Positions 1 through 11,935 of a stretch of DNA of 35,674 nt are shown here, piece after piece. Source of the stretch: Paraglomus brasilianum (taxonomy: Eukaryota); the NCBI GenBank assembly GCA_910592345.1, contig CAJVPI010000316.1, positions 1 to 35,674 on the forward strand, read 5' to 3'. Below the pieces are notes generated by a model. It searched no databases, was not told where the DNA came from, and worked only from the letters and a program-made list of their open reading frames with translations. Position 1 is the first letter of the stretch. Each line of letters opens with the position of its first letter. Position numbers and translations under genes: made by a program.

Positions 1-265
1 AACTTGTTCTTATCGATTTTATTAAGGGATCGCGGAATCTCATAATAATAACGATGTATGAGCAAGGTTTAAGTTTCAATAATATTCAACAGGTAACTTG
101 TTCTTATCGATTTTATTAAGGGATCGCGGAATCTCATAATAATAACGATGTATGAGCAAGGTTTAAGTTTCAATAATATTCAACAGGTAACTTGTTCTTA
201 TCGATTTTATTAAGGGATCGCGGAATCTCATAATAATAACGATGTATGAGCAAGGTTTAAGTTTC
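1..265. repeat. Perfect tandem repeat, 94-bp unit, at least 2.8 copies, derived from pogo transposase coding sequence
   Basis: The unit restarts at 1, 95 and 189 with identical sequence and no spacers. On the minus strand it translates to the KLKP...PR...LPVEYY transposase segment. Confidence 0.97.
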
Positions 266-887
266 TCAGTACCCGACGCATTGCAACAAAGAAGAATCGT
301 TACACGATTTTCGATTTCTTAGTGCTGATGACAGCAACGTCCTCGACGCTATAATACACATAATGAACACGTTAGATGAAGGAATAAACATATGGAGATA
401 TGAAAACTCAGATATGCAAATCGCAATTGAAAATGTCACGCTGATCATATTCGCGAAGCACTTCACGGAGCTTAATACGCTCTTGATCCATTCTCTATAA
501 TTGAGCACTATTTCCCCTCCCCAAAAAGTGTTTAAGAAGATCGACAGTAACGGTGATATTGTCATGAACGGCGCGCGTAAACCATATTGTTAACGCCTCT
601 TCAACCTCAGGATATACAGTAATGGTCTGCGTTCTCTTTTTCTCTTTGATCAAATGTCATCATCATTAACGGCCGTCTCGTTTATTCCATATATCTGAAA
701 CAGTATTTTGTCTAATCCCATATTGATATGCAACATCAGTTTGGTTTGGAGTAGGCTTTTGAGAAAGTAAAGTACATATGTCATGAGTTAATATAGCTCG
801 TAGGAGCGAAAGGCTCGTTTTTTCTTGAGTTTTGTGTGCGTTAAGAAAAATCAACCAATCAGAATGCTTGACATCATTCCCAATTTA

Positions 888-998
888 GGGGTAGGCTAAA
901 GCGGAGTAGTTTTTTTACAATTTCATTGGTTGATATACAAATTTGACCAATGTAATTGCAAGAATCAGGTCACGTTCTACTCCGCTTTAGCCATCCTC
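888..998. mobile_element. ~110-bp MITE with TIRs and an 8-10 bp target-site duplication (Mutator- or hAT-type)
   Basis: Perfect inverted repeat ggctaaagcggagtag (894-909) / ctactccgctttagcc (977-992). It is flanked by the direct repeat cccaatttag at 879-888 and 998-1007. Confidence 0.8.
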
Positions 999-2244
999 CC
1001 AATTTAGTAAATGTTACACAATTATCGTAGTAAATGCTAAGGTTTATTATTATTATAATTTATATAACGGGGAAAATTTTCTATCTAAATTTGGGAGCGA
1101 GCGTTTCGAATGTGACATACTAAGGGAAATTGATGTATTCGTTTCATTTCCTGTTTCTGTCTAAAAATGAAAGCAAGAACAAAAAGAGGGACAAGAAATA
1201 AAAAGAACCTCATGCTTTATTGCTGGTAACTACATCAACCTCTGAATAAGTAGTCTTTTGTCAGGAGCATCCGGTCATGTGTTTGTGTCCCGTCAAAGCT
1301 AGAGAGTTCAGGAATTTCTCTTTGACTTCATAATCATTTCAGATTTTATCATGCACACTTGCACTCACAATCCCTGCGAGTTTATCAAGATCAATGGTTT
1401 TGCCAATAAATGGTAATTTTATAAAGTTACTGCGGTTACGCATGTTGTGTCTGAGTTCGAGACATCTGAGACAGGTCTCCCTGAGGTACAACACGCACAG
1501 ACCTGCTATGCATTATGCATAACAAATATAGCAAAATGATCGACAAAAAGAGATTAGTGTCAAATCACATATCGATATTGGAAAACGGTATATCGCATAC
1601 AACAAATCAGCATCAATAATTGTCTTTCCAAAATAAATCATCTGCATGTAAACGATGCTCTACATGATTTACTATTTTGAGCATAAGTAGCGAAGGTTAT
1701 GTTAGAATTCCTATATTTGCAAAGTTTATAACAAGCACGCAACTAATTAACTGTGTGGCGAGATACAGTATCTTCTTATTGTTTCAGATTGGGCGATAAA
1801 ATTTACAGGGAGTTTCTTAACAACAAACGACATTAGTAGCAGACACTCGTGTATTTTCAAGCTAAAGGCGACTTGCCGTCCTATAGAGAACACGTGAGTA
1901 CATTTTACGCAGGTTAATGTTGCTCTGGAAATTAAATTCTGTCTTGCCAGCAAACGCGCATATCGTTAATAGTAATTTATCTTTTTCTTTCAACACACCT
2001 GAGTCTAAAGTAATGAATTGCCGGTTTTATTAAAAAATTTATTTCTGTGATTCGGTAATATTAAATAAAAAGTAATAACTCACAATTGGTAAAATTATAA
2101 CACATTTGTTAAGAAAAACGTATAAAAATAACCTAGAACCAATTGTTACATAATAACATTAAGCATCAACCCAACATCGAGACAAAAAATAATATAATTA
2201 CACTCAATATATGTTTGTTTATCAAAATTACATTCAATATATGC

Positions 2245-2916
2245 TCATGCCACAGCAAAGATTGGAGAAGACTGGGTAGCAGGAACTGCAGTGGGGAGGT
2301 TTATATTAATAGTGTGAGCAGTACGAGCAGAGAGTCCATCATGAAGTTCGATTATTATCTCTGCATACTCGGCGTATTTTGGCGTGGCCTTTCCTTTACC
2401 GTTCGAGTCCACTTTTATGCTATAATGGGTGAGAGTTTCACGCCATACAAGCTTCCAATTAGCAGTTGGGTATGCCGTTAGATTGAATTGATCGAGCAGA
2501 GGTTGCATAGCCTGAGTAAATGCTTCGGCGCGATTCTTTGCCATGTTATCGACTATTTTTCGTCCCGCCAAAAGCGCGACACCAACCAAGAATTGGAGGA
2601 TAAAACAGATGAGAGTAATATTTATTCCGCCGCCTCCTTGTTTAAACATTGTGGTAAATGTAGCCATAACAAGAAGAAAGATGATGGTCACGAACATTCC
2701 TCCGAGAACGTATGTAAGACATTTCTTTGACTTTGCACTTAACAAAGGGTAGGCTTTAATGTAGTTATTAATTTGCGATAGTTGACTTTTGAGTTGCTCG
2801 GCACTAAGGTATCCATACAAGTCAAGACACCAATCTGCCTTAAAGCTATGGGCAGGTGCGAAACAGTCACAACCAGGAACGTCATCTTCGGTGAGGGGAA
2901 TAATAACAAGCTTCAT
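2245..2916 (-). CDS. Two-TM membrane protein, Erf4/Golgin-A7(CHIC)-like, paralog A (223 aa, intronless)
   Basis: Intact ORF with three paralogs in the window. It has an N-terminal CxC motif, an F-x5-L-x-G-Y-L...INN segment resembling the Erf4/GOLGA7 domain, two hydrophobic helices and a conserved C-terminal region. A TATA-like box lies ~50 bp upstream. The family call is by eye. Confidence 0.85.
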   Translation of the reverse strand: MKLVIIPLTEDDVPGCDCFAPAHSFKADWCLDLYGYLSAEQLKSQLSQINNYIKAYPLLSAKSKKCLTYVLGGMFVTIIFLLVMATFTTMFKQGGGGINITLICFILQFLVGVALLAGRKIVDNMAKNRAEAFTQAMQPLLDQFNLTAYPTANWKLVWRETLTHYSIKVDSNGKGKATPKYAEYAEIIIELHDGLSARTAHTININLPTAVPATQSSPIFAVA

Positions 2917-2966
2917 TGTGCGCGTAACAAAAGTTTTATGGATGAAAAGAGCTGAGAGACTGGTCC

Positions 2967-2976
2967 TTATATATTA
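2967..2976 (-). promoter_or_regulatory. TATA-box-like element conserved upstream of all four paralogs
   Basis: TATATA(A) on the minus strand ~40-100 bp upstream of each ATG: 2967-2976, 7812-7820, 15793-15802, 20490-20500. Confidence 0.65.
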
Positions 2977-4608
2977 CAATTGGGCACAAGCCTCAATAAT
3001 GGCAATGTCGAAATCGCTGCTTACGAAAATGTTTTACAGTAATATCCGATGTAACGGATGATTTGTTAGATTGCAATTTCTCAATGCATGAATACCCCTC
3101 GTTTGCAGAATAGTAATAAGGTTTACACATGGACTGTATGTTCAAATACAATGGATTTCCTCTTTGGGCAAAAATTGATTAGCTAATTATATTTTTAAGC
3201 TCTGTCTATCCAAATAAAACGTTCCAATAAGAATAGATTTACATCAAATTGGTAATCTTGCTACCTATTTGCTTTTTTGCCGACTTAGATAGCGAAAAAC
3301 ATGCAATTAGTTCTACCGACTGATGAACGCTAGGCAGACGCTTTGATAATATAAAAAGAGAGAATTTATTCTTCACATTCTTATCGTTTGTTCTAACTCA
3401 ATTGTTCTGCGTCGCAATTTTTTCCCCAGGCTTTTAATGTGCTTAAACCACTTGGCTCTGCACTGCCCCTCAGTATACAATGTGTAACAGAAACAAAGAA
3501 TATCATTACGCTATGTCAATTGTAACGTTATACTTTAAAAGAAAGCATATAATTCGTACATCATTGACAAGCGCTTACGCTTTTGCTCAACCGTTACTTC
3601 ACATGTTCACTGCGCACTGAGCTGATCAAGGCAATCGAATTTGTTTGTGGAATCTCTTCCACAAATTGCTTTAATTCTTTCCATATGCTTGGCATCCTTC
3701 TCTTAACGTTATATTTTTAGCAATTCCGCCAATTAAAGTGTTAGATGTGGATCAGACTTACATTTTCCTTGAATACTCTACTTGTATACTTGGAGGCATT
3801 GTCTTGTTAGAATATCACCTTTCAATAATCTGAAATATTCCAAGTTAAACTATCAACGTATTTTTCTTTCCCCTTTGCACAAAAATTCCAAGCAAAGCAT
3901 TCGTCTAATGTTTTTGCAAAGGATATGTTTGTCTTTCAATTGGTGCCACCGTTCCCATTTATTGCTGATTTTACACCAGAACAACTTTTGTATGGATTAC
4001 ATATTATTCATTCAAGTGAGCAGCTCATTAATATCCTTTGCTGCTTGTTATCTCATATCTGTTTCTCTACCGTTACTCAAAGTTGGTATCCGATCCGAAC
4101 AGCATCTAATACTATACTCCCCATGCATTTCAGTAAACGAATCTGTTGTGCCGTATATAATATGACATACCGAACTTTTTAATGAGCCCCCATTTTAGCA
4201 CACCGAATTGTTAATAAAAACTTCATTAAACAGGTATTTATTTATTCAAAAACGCTTTGTCATAAAACCATCTTGTTGACCCGTGTCTTTTGTAAGAAAT
4301 TAATAAATTACGTTAGCTTTGTCCCCTGAATTAGTTAGTGTGTGGCTCCAAGACTAGACAAATATCTTTCATAGTTAAGCCTTAGATGATTGGATAGAAT
4401 ATACTGTTCAGAGCTTGGAAGTTTCTACCAGAATTTTCTTTGGTCAAACCGGTTTCTTATGCTCCCCCCCTAAATTGTTGTAAGGGGCATTTTGATTATA
4501 CTTTGATTTCATGCGTACGTAAGCGTAGTACAACCAGACGCTTGCGCTTCTTTACCAGAATTTATTCAATAAGATCACAACCAAATATTGTTATTTTCTA
4601 AAACACAT

Positions 4609-4727
4609 AAGTAAACGATAAGTCGGACACTCGATAGTCGGACACAATCTTTCTGCCCTTTTTTTCTTCATATCCTCTCGATAAGTCAGATTTCTTGACA
4701 AGTCGGACAGCCAACTTATCGCTTATT
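4609..4727. mobile_element. Degenerate copy of the MITE at 12352-12495
   Basis: Same flanks (tattgttattttcta...aagcaaatt) and the same internal gataagtcggac repeats as the unit-B copy. The TIRs are eroded. Confidence 0.7.
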
Positions 4728-4763
4728 ATGTAAAGCAAATTGGATTATCACGTAAACAAATGT

Positions 4764-5075
4764 TGTGCGCTCATCGAGCCAATCGAATTTGGCAATGCAT
4801 AGCAAAAAAGAAAAGGGGTAATACACCATTTGGCTATCTGATTGTTTGACCTTCGATGGCTCGATACCATATTTGGTAAAAATCTCCTTTTTAGAATATG
4901 TGATATGCCAATTGGTGATGTGAAGAGGCAGTGATTTAATATTTCACGGAATAAGCTTTGTCTGATTGGCGAATATGGTTTGTGCTACCAAATGTGATTA
5001 AATCATATCTAGTCTAGCCCAACGATAAACTGATTTCCAAAATGGATTGGCTCGATGAACTGGTGAGGGCGCCCA
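4764..5075. mobile_element. ~310-bp MITE, possibly PIF/Harbinger-type, present only in unit A
   Basis: Inverted repeat tcatcgagccaatc (4771-4784) / gattggctcgatga (5045-5058). The right end gggcgccca is followed by TTA. The paralogous unit-B site is empty (aaacaaatg-tta-tttttgttacatactg, ~12545-12572). Confidence 0.75.
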
Positions 5076-7080
5076 TTATTTTTGTTACATACTGTCATGT
5101 AAGCATTGATATAGAAATACGATACTCACTTTTTACAAGACAAATTGCCTTCACTATTGTTATACGCAGTATAAAAGACGTCTATATTTAAACCAATCAG
5201 TACAATGTAACGAAAACGCAGACGTGGTTGGTGAGGCGGTGACAATTTTGATGATAAAAGATAGGATTAAATGTTGTTGTTTTTTGAGACACATCTTGAC
5301 TATATGTAGAGTATCAAAGTTTCTTCGGACTTGTTAATCTATTATGTAAATAGGCTGAAACAAGTATAACTGAACAGCACATTTTTGTTAGAAAACTTAT
5401 CAATAATCAGGGTTACACTTAATTTAGTTCTCTAAGAAAAGGAAGCAAAATTTAACAATAGACAAACGCATTTGTTGTAATGTTAAGAAAATATGTCGGT
5501 TTTAATGGATATCTCTACTTAATTAACTGTCCGGAATAGTCACCAGCAATTTTTCTTGGGCTTAATAAGTCAACGACTATGAATACTACAATATATAACA
5601 CATAATTTAGTGTTGTGCATGTCTAGTTTTTTAATAAAGAAGCTTTGCTATTTCTTGTTTGCTCATACGTTTTTTGCTAATACTATAAATTTAAATATTT
5701 CTAGTTAGCTGAAAAGCTACTGCCCGAGACATATTGGTTGACTTGAAATATGACGATAGGTATGTCGTAAACCACAGAGTTGTTGATCTATATCACCGAT
5801 GTCAGGAATTTTGCGCTGGCGGAAAGATGGCACTGAAAGTATAATGATAAGCACATATAATAATAGTAATAGTGACAAAATCAAGGATAATGATATATTT
5901 AATTGACTTGAATATGTAACGTGAGTTTATGTCATTACTGTACATCAATTACACCACCAGGAAAGAATGAAGTAATAGCTACCCAGTCTGGATGTCTTTA
6001 GGGACGTAAGCTTCTATCTGGACGTAAATAGGTTCATTGAAAAGATTAGAAAACATTGGTTTTGAGAAAATTTTTGCGTCAAGCATGGAAATGGGTACGA
6101 TATTTTCTCAGCATTAGCACCCTTATATCACATATACTACCATCCGCTATCCACCATTGCTATACAAATCGTGAGAAATTAGCAACAAATTACATGGATA
6201 AACCATATTTTACAAGCTAACACTAATAGGCTTTTGTGTTTTGTTTTGTTTTTAAAATAGAGAAGAGATAGACGCGAGATCACATTTGTTTAATAATTTT
6301 ATTTTACAATAAAGTGATTATTAAATTAAGTCTTATTCTCTGTAAAGTTACTGCGGTTACGCACAGACCTGCTACGCACATTATGCATAACAAATAATAT
6401 AACAAAACAATAGAAAAGTTACCAAGAGAGAATTAGTGTCAAAACCACATATACAATGAATCACCCTGCATGTAAACGGCAGCTCCACATGGTTCACCAG
6501 TTTGAGCAAAAGTTCTATATTATAACGAGCACGCAACTAATTAACTGTGGCGAGATATCTTTTTATTGTTTCAGATTTGACGATAACTTTGACACAAACA
6601 TTTGCGATAGATAGTAATAGAATTTACAGAGAGTTTCTTAACAACAAACAACATTAATAACAGACAGTTGCATATTTTCAAGCCAACAAGCCGGCTTACC
6701 ATCTTATAGCGAACACATAAGTACACTATTACGCAGGTTAATGTTGCTAGAACGCTCTAGAAATTATTAAATTCTGTCTTGCCAGCAAATGCAGCAATCG
6801 TTAAAGTAATTTTTCAACAACATGTCTGTAAAAACTAGGCTTGTACGCACGCAACATTTAGCTGGCTCTGTGAGTCTAAGGAATACGTTACTGGTTTTAT
6901 TAATAACTCGCAAGTTGGTAAAGAAAACAAATTATAGAAAGAACCTAAAACTAACTGTTACGCTTTAGTCTCATGTTGGGTTGATGCTTTAAATGTGCTT
7001 GTGTAATATTATGTTTAAATTTCTAGAACGTCTAATATACAAATAATAATAATAATAATATAATTACACTCAATATATGC

Positions 7081-7755
7081 TCATGCCATAGTAACCATTT
7101 GAAGAGGCTGAGTAGTAGGAACTACAATGAGAGGAAGATTTACACGAATAGTGTGAGCGGTACGACCAGAGAGTCCATCATGAATTTCGAGTATTAACTC
7201 TACTTCCTCAGCGTATTTCGGTGTGACCGTTCCTTTACCGTTCGCATTCATATTTATGCTATAATGGGTGAGGACATCACGGAATCTTATATTCCAATGA
7301 GCAGTTGGGAATGCTCTTCGATTGATATCAAGGAGCCAACTCTCTCTCATATATTTTTCAAATGCTCTGGCACGATTCTTTGCCATGTTATCGATTGTTT
7401 TTCGCCCTATCGGAATTGCGAGCCCAAGCAAAAAATCGATGGCAGCAAAGAAAATATAACTCGAACCGACGGGGCCTCCGTAAGACATTCCAATAAATGG
7501 GATCAAAGCAAGGAAGAGGAACATGAGCATGAACAATCCTACGCAAATGTATGTAAGAGATCTCTTTGATTTTCTACTTAACAAAGGGTATTGTTTAATA
7601 GCGTTATTGAGTTTCGTTAGTTCATTTTGGAATTCCTGCTTATTAAGGTATCCGTACAAGTCAAGGCACCATTCTGCTTTAAAGCTATGGGCAGATGAGA
7701 AACAGTTACAACAAGGAACGTTGTCTTCGGTAAGGGGAATAATAACAAGCTTCAT
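7081..7755 (-). CDS. Two-TM membrane protein, Erf4/Golgin-A7-like, paralog B (224 aa, intronless)
   Basis: Intact ORF collinear with paralog A. It carries a CCNC motif and the shared WCLDLYGYL, DNMAKNRA and TPKYAE blocks. Confidence 0.85.
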   Translation of the reverse strand: MKLVIIPLTEDNVPCCNCFSSAHSFKAEWCLDLYGYLNKQEFQNELTKLNNAIKQYPLLSRKSKRSLTYICVGLFMLMFLFLALIPFIGMSYGGPVGSSYIFFAAIDFLLGLAIPIGRKTIDNMAKNRARAFEKYMRESWLLDINRRAFPTAHWNIRFRDVLTHYSINMNANGKGTVTPKYAEEVELILEIHDGLSGRTAHTIRVNLPLIVVPTTQPLQMVTMA

Positions 7756-9750
7756 TGTGCGCGTAACAATACAAAAGTTTTATGGATAAAAAGAGCTGAA
7801 AGATTGGGGTCTTATATATTAGTGAAATTGCAGACTACTGAACAATTTCTCATAGTTGACCCGTTTATGACAGCAACTGGGTACAATACCTCAATAACGG
7901 CAATAGTCGACAATCGCTGTTTACATGTTCTACAGTAGTAATTTCAGATGTAACGGATGATTTGCAATTATATCGTTGGCATAATAATAAGGTTTACACA
8001 TAGACTGTCTTTGGGCAAAATCAATTAGCTAGGTATTTTCTATCCAAACAAAACGTTCCAATAAGAATAGATTTACACAATCAAATTAGAAATCCTGCTA
8101 CCTATTTGCATTTTGTCTTGGCTAGCAAAAACATGCAATTGAGCCTTTCAAGTTCTGCTGACTGTAGTCGTCAAGTAAAAAGTCAACGCTTTTGACAATA
8201 TAAAAGAGAAACCCCATTTCTTCCCTCTCTTTACGTTCTTTGCTTAAACCGCTTGGCTCTGCATTCGCAGTATGCAGTGTGTAACGAATATCGTTACGAT
8301 TTGTTGCTTTAAACAAAGCATACGATTCGTACATTATTGAGCAATAGTTAGCATGGTAAGCGCTTACAATCAACTATCAATTCACGTGCTCATTGTATTG
8401 AGCTAACCAAGGTATTAAATTTGTTTGTGGAATTTTATTTATTTATTTTTTTTGGCATCTCTTCCATAAATTGTTTTAATTCTTTCCAGTTGTTAATTTT
8501 TAACAATCCCGCACAAATATAGTGTTAGATGGTCTATCTATACATTTATATTGAATAGAAGCCTTAGCAATTCTACTTGTATACTTGGGACATTATTACT
8601 TTTTCAATAATTTGAAATATTCCGAGTTAAAAATTGTCAACGTATTTTTATTTTCCTTTTGCACACAAAAGTTCAATGTTTTTACAGAGGATATTGTTTG
8701 TCTTTCAATTTGTACCACCGTTTTGAAATTCGGTTAATGAAGTGCTACGTTCTACTGACTATCAGCTTTTACACCATAACAAACTTTGTATGGATCACAT
8801 GTTATTCGTTCAAGTGAGCAGCTCATTAATATTCTTTGCTGCTTTGTTGTCTTCTCTACTGTCACTCAAAGTTGGTATCCGAACAGCATCTATACTTTGG
8901 CAAACGCTTTCACAGTCAATTGCATTATTAATGCATTTCGTTAAACAAATCTGTTGTGCTATTATAACTAGAGTAGTAAAAACCTGCTGCGCAGTGCACT
9001 GAATTTTGCAAGCGTATGATTAAATAAATGACTTTTTAGTTAGACGACAAAAAATTTAATAGACATAGGCGAGATTTGCAAGTTGCAAGTGGAAAACCAT
9101 AATGCGGTATACTAAGGAATGCTATATAAATGACCTTTGACCGTAAGCTTGCACATAGCCTAAGCTAGATAATAAGAGATAAGTTATTGTGTTTAGTTGT
9201 ATGTGTCATATGTATTTAGAATTATAATGGTCAACGTTATAGGTATTTAATTAGTTCTCTTATAGATATCGCCATGGTTATTGGTATGGGAGAAATTTTT
9301 GTGGCAATTTCAATTGAACGATGGTAGTTTCGTGTCTTCAAACTATTTGCAAATGTGGAGCAGTTATGTTTGTGGCTAATAATATTGTGGCTAATTAGTT
9401 AATATGTAGAACTGAATTAATTAGTTGTGGGACGAATCATTAGTGTATGTATAATCAGAAAGAAGTCACGAAATAGTTGTATACGTTGATTTAAAATATT
9501 GATCCGTGATTTGGGAAAAAAACGCAAGTAGAATATGGACTTTTAAAACATTGTTTGGATATTAAACTTATGTATCAGAGCAATTAGTAAGCGATGCTTT
9601 ATACCTTACAGGCGTAGTAAGAGGATATAAATTTGTTTTTATTAAAAAAAATAAAATAAAGACAATAGTTAAAGAAAAAACAAAGGTAGTTAAAGTAATA
9701 ATAGTAACGGAAGAGTGTGTTATGATAATATTGTTAAAAACGTCAAACAA

Positions 9751-10641
9751 CTATTTTTGATCAGCTAATTTTCGAGAGGCTAACTCTCGTAGAGTTGACC
9801 GTCTTGATTTAGATGCTTTCTGATTAGTGTTTGATGGTGGGTTTTCAATCAGTTTGTCGTTGGTGGTGTCACATACTTCTTCAACATGATTGGTCTGAAC
9901 TGATTGGCTCGAATCTGTTTCGTTTGTGGTGGGGTTATCAAGGCGTGGCTTTTTTGTTGGTGAGGTATTTTGTGCAATGCTCCGGACAATTGTTGCACGG
10001 CGGGATTGGGAGGGGACAATTGTACTGTTTTTGTCCGTTGATGGCGAAGAGTATTTGGGTATAACGAAAGTGGAAGTTTTGTATTTCGCAATAGATCGTG
10101 TCGTTATGCAATTCTACTGCACCTTCGATTTTAATGCGGGTGCCGGAATTGTAGACTTTTGTTCGATTTAGGAGACATGTGTTTTTTGTGGAGTGAAAGG
10201 CTGTCACCGTAAAGGGTTTATATGTACTCCCCGTATTAGTTTTGACGTATTGCGAAAGACTTACGTCAAACGATGCGGTTGTTTCTGTTATGTTTGGGGC
10301 ACCAGTAACCGTGCCGATTGCTGTTACGTGAGTGAAATCATGGGGGAGGGCAGATGGATCCAAGAGAATTTTTTGTGTGTGGTGACAGGTGATGTTGATG
10401 GTTTGTGTAGACGAGTCCACGTTGGTAATGGTTCCATAGAAATAGATGACATCTTTCGGTGACATGGATACGCAATGACAAGGTGTTTCTACGTCTACTG
10501 GAATAAACTGAAGGATGTTGAATGTTATACTTTCATTGTCACTAGTTTTTGATTTGATAACCCCGTCCCGACCATAAATTCAGATCGGGGTGTGGTTTGG
10601 TAATTGATAACTTCACCAATTGATCGAATTTCCAGAGACAT
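9751..10641 (-). pseudogene. Helitron-borne frameshifted gene, probable tandem OB-fold (ssDNA-binding/RPA-like) protein
   Basis: ATG at 10641 (MSLEIRSIGEVINYQ...) joins, via one frameshift near 10560, the frame of ORF 9938-10465. That frame has an alternating beta-strand pattern (VIYFYGTI, VTAIGTV, IKIEGAVE, IYCEI). After further frameshifts comes a P/T/S/N-rich tail ending STLRELASRKLADQK* at 9751. The fold call is inference. Confidence 0.6.
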
Positions 10642-10811
10642 AATAGATAGATGATCTAAAAAATCGGAATAGACGAGCTTTTTTTATTAAGGTAAAAGAT
10701 AAATTTCAAGAAGGAATATTTGATTGTGATTAGGTGCGTACTTGGAATTCAGGAGAGCTTTTTATATGTTTGCCAGAAGAGATACTGTATATATGCTGTC
10801 TGTCGTTTTTA

Positions 10812-11680
10812 CTAAAAGTTCGAGGCATTTATTGTGTTAATTGTGTTTCGGCGGAATAGTTGGCGTATACAATGGAGACTGTTTTTGAATAATTGATATT
10901 GTAATGGTTGGTAGACTGGGAGGCTTTCATGAACGCAACAAATTGTTAGACATTCTGGGCAAATGCATTTGATTGCGATATTGTGAAGAAGCGAGTTTGA
11001 TTTGTGCATGTCTACGATTTTCGGCGTAGTGCAATGACTGGCAGGCTTACCATGAGCGTAAACAAATCGTGGCAAATGCATTTGATTGATCGACATTGTG
11101 AAGAAGCGGGTTAATTTGTGTGTCTACAATTTTCGGAACAGTTGGCGTATACAGTCAAGATCATTTTGAACAATTGGTATTGTAATGACTGGTAGGCTTA
11201 GCATGAGCGCAAACAAATCGTTAGACATTCTGGGCAAATGCACTTGATTGATCGACGGCGGGTTGTATACATGCACTAAGACGTTTAAATTTAGTTTTTC
11301 GGGAATGATGGCGTATAGGTGAGACGTTCTTTTTTTATTACCAAATACTTGGTAGATTCTCCTGATTTATTAGCAGGTGTCGGCGTAGACCATTTATGTA
11401 TTAGGGCATATGGCTGATCTGCGTAAACGTAAGTATACCGATTGTTGCCACATCAGAAACCATAAAGCGGATGATTGGGCAATGATGATAAGGATAGTAA
11501 TGATAAACTTCTTGGTTCGGTTGAAGGAAGTCAAAGAATATAATGATTGGACAGTACGAACGAAGAAACTTTAAACTTTTCTTATTAAAACAGTAAACCA
11601 GAGGAAGTTCAAATATTTGACAATGGCATAGAAATCGCTTGACAAATCCTCAAAGATGGAGGGTGGTTATTGGGTGGCAT
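10812..11680 (-). pseudogene. Helitron-borne degenerate gene with repeated Cys-rich modules
   Basis: Diverged repeats at ~10858-10990, ~11035-11130 (partial) and ~11141-11255 read IKCICPECLTIC...YQ.LQYQLFK. Broken frames continue up to a candidate ATG at 11680. Stops and frameshifts are present. Confidence 0.45.
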
Positions 11681-11935
11681 AATTTTTTATTCGATTGGTG
11701 AGACAGGATTATTATGATATGGTACAATTTGATGGTTTTTATTTTATTATAAAAGAATAAATAAGATATGATTGATACTGTACTATTGTTTATTTGTTGT
11801 CCAAATTGGTCTAATACTAGCCGATCTGCCAGATATAGTAAGTCGTAAAAATTTTTTGCGGTAAACAATAATACGAAAATTTTTGCTATATAAACGACCT
11901 TTGTCCGTAAGCTTATACATAATAATAAGCCTAAG

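Larger units (their letters stand above)
1..1135 (-). mobile_element. Decayed pogo/Tigger (Tc1/mariner superfamily, DDE_1/CENP-B-like) DNA transposon, running off the window start
   Basis: Minus-strand frames give an HTH-like segment (RAILTHDICTLLSQKPTPNQTDVAYQYGIRQNTVSDIW, ~690-800), then MDQERIKLREVLREYDQRDIFNCD (~420-491), NRVTILLCCNASGTEKLKP (~255-311) and IPRSLNKIDKNKLPVEYY. These match the pogo/Tigger DDE_1 motifs. Frameshifts and deletions are present. A possible terminus lies at ~1135 followed by TA (TA|CATCAATTTCCCTTAGTATG on the minus strand); this end is tentative. Confidence 0.85.

Noticed and set aside
1..265. Possible CRISPR array
   Set aside because: The units are 94 bp, fully identical and have no unique spacers. 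The context is eukaryotic, no cas genes are present, and the sequence is transposase-derived.
266..565. 99-aa ORF as a real gene
   Set aside because: It is an off-frame reading of the decayed pogo transposase; the recognisable motifs lie in other frames.
2143..3061. Plus-strand ORFs recurring opposite each paralog (also 7264-7789, 14996-15809, 19837-20261) as a conserved antisense gene
   Set aside because: Their starts, stops and frames differ among copies. The similarity is explained as shadows of the conserved minus-strand CDS.
3782..4182. ORFs 3782-4165/3925-4182 and similar ORF 8742-9002 as a second duplicated gene
   Set aside because: The units differ by frame-breaking indels, no frame is preserved in unit C, and the 8742 ORF runs into the Helitron end. 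This is best read as co-duplicated non-coding DNA.
5700..6230. Unit-A-specific segment with a slightly coding-like look
   Set aside because: No ORF of 60 aa or more, no recognisable motif and no termini were found, so no call can be supported.
9000..9110. Possible remnant of a RepHel N-terminal zinc finger near the Helitron 3' end
   Set aside because: Only a few Cys codons in short broken frames; too weak to assert.
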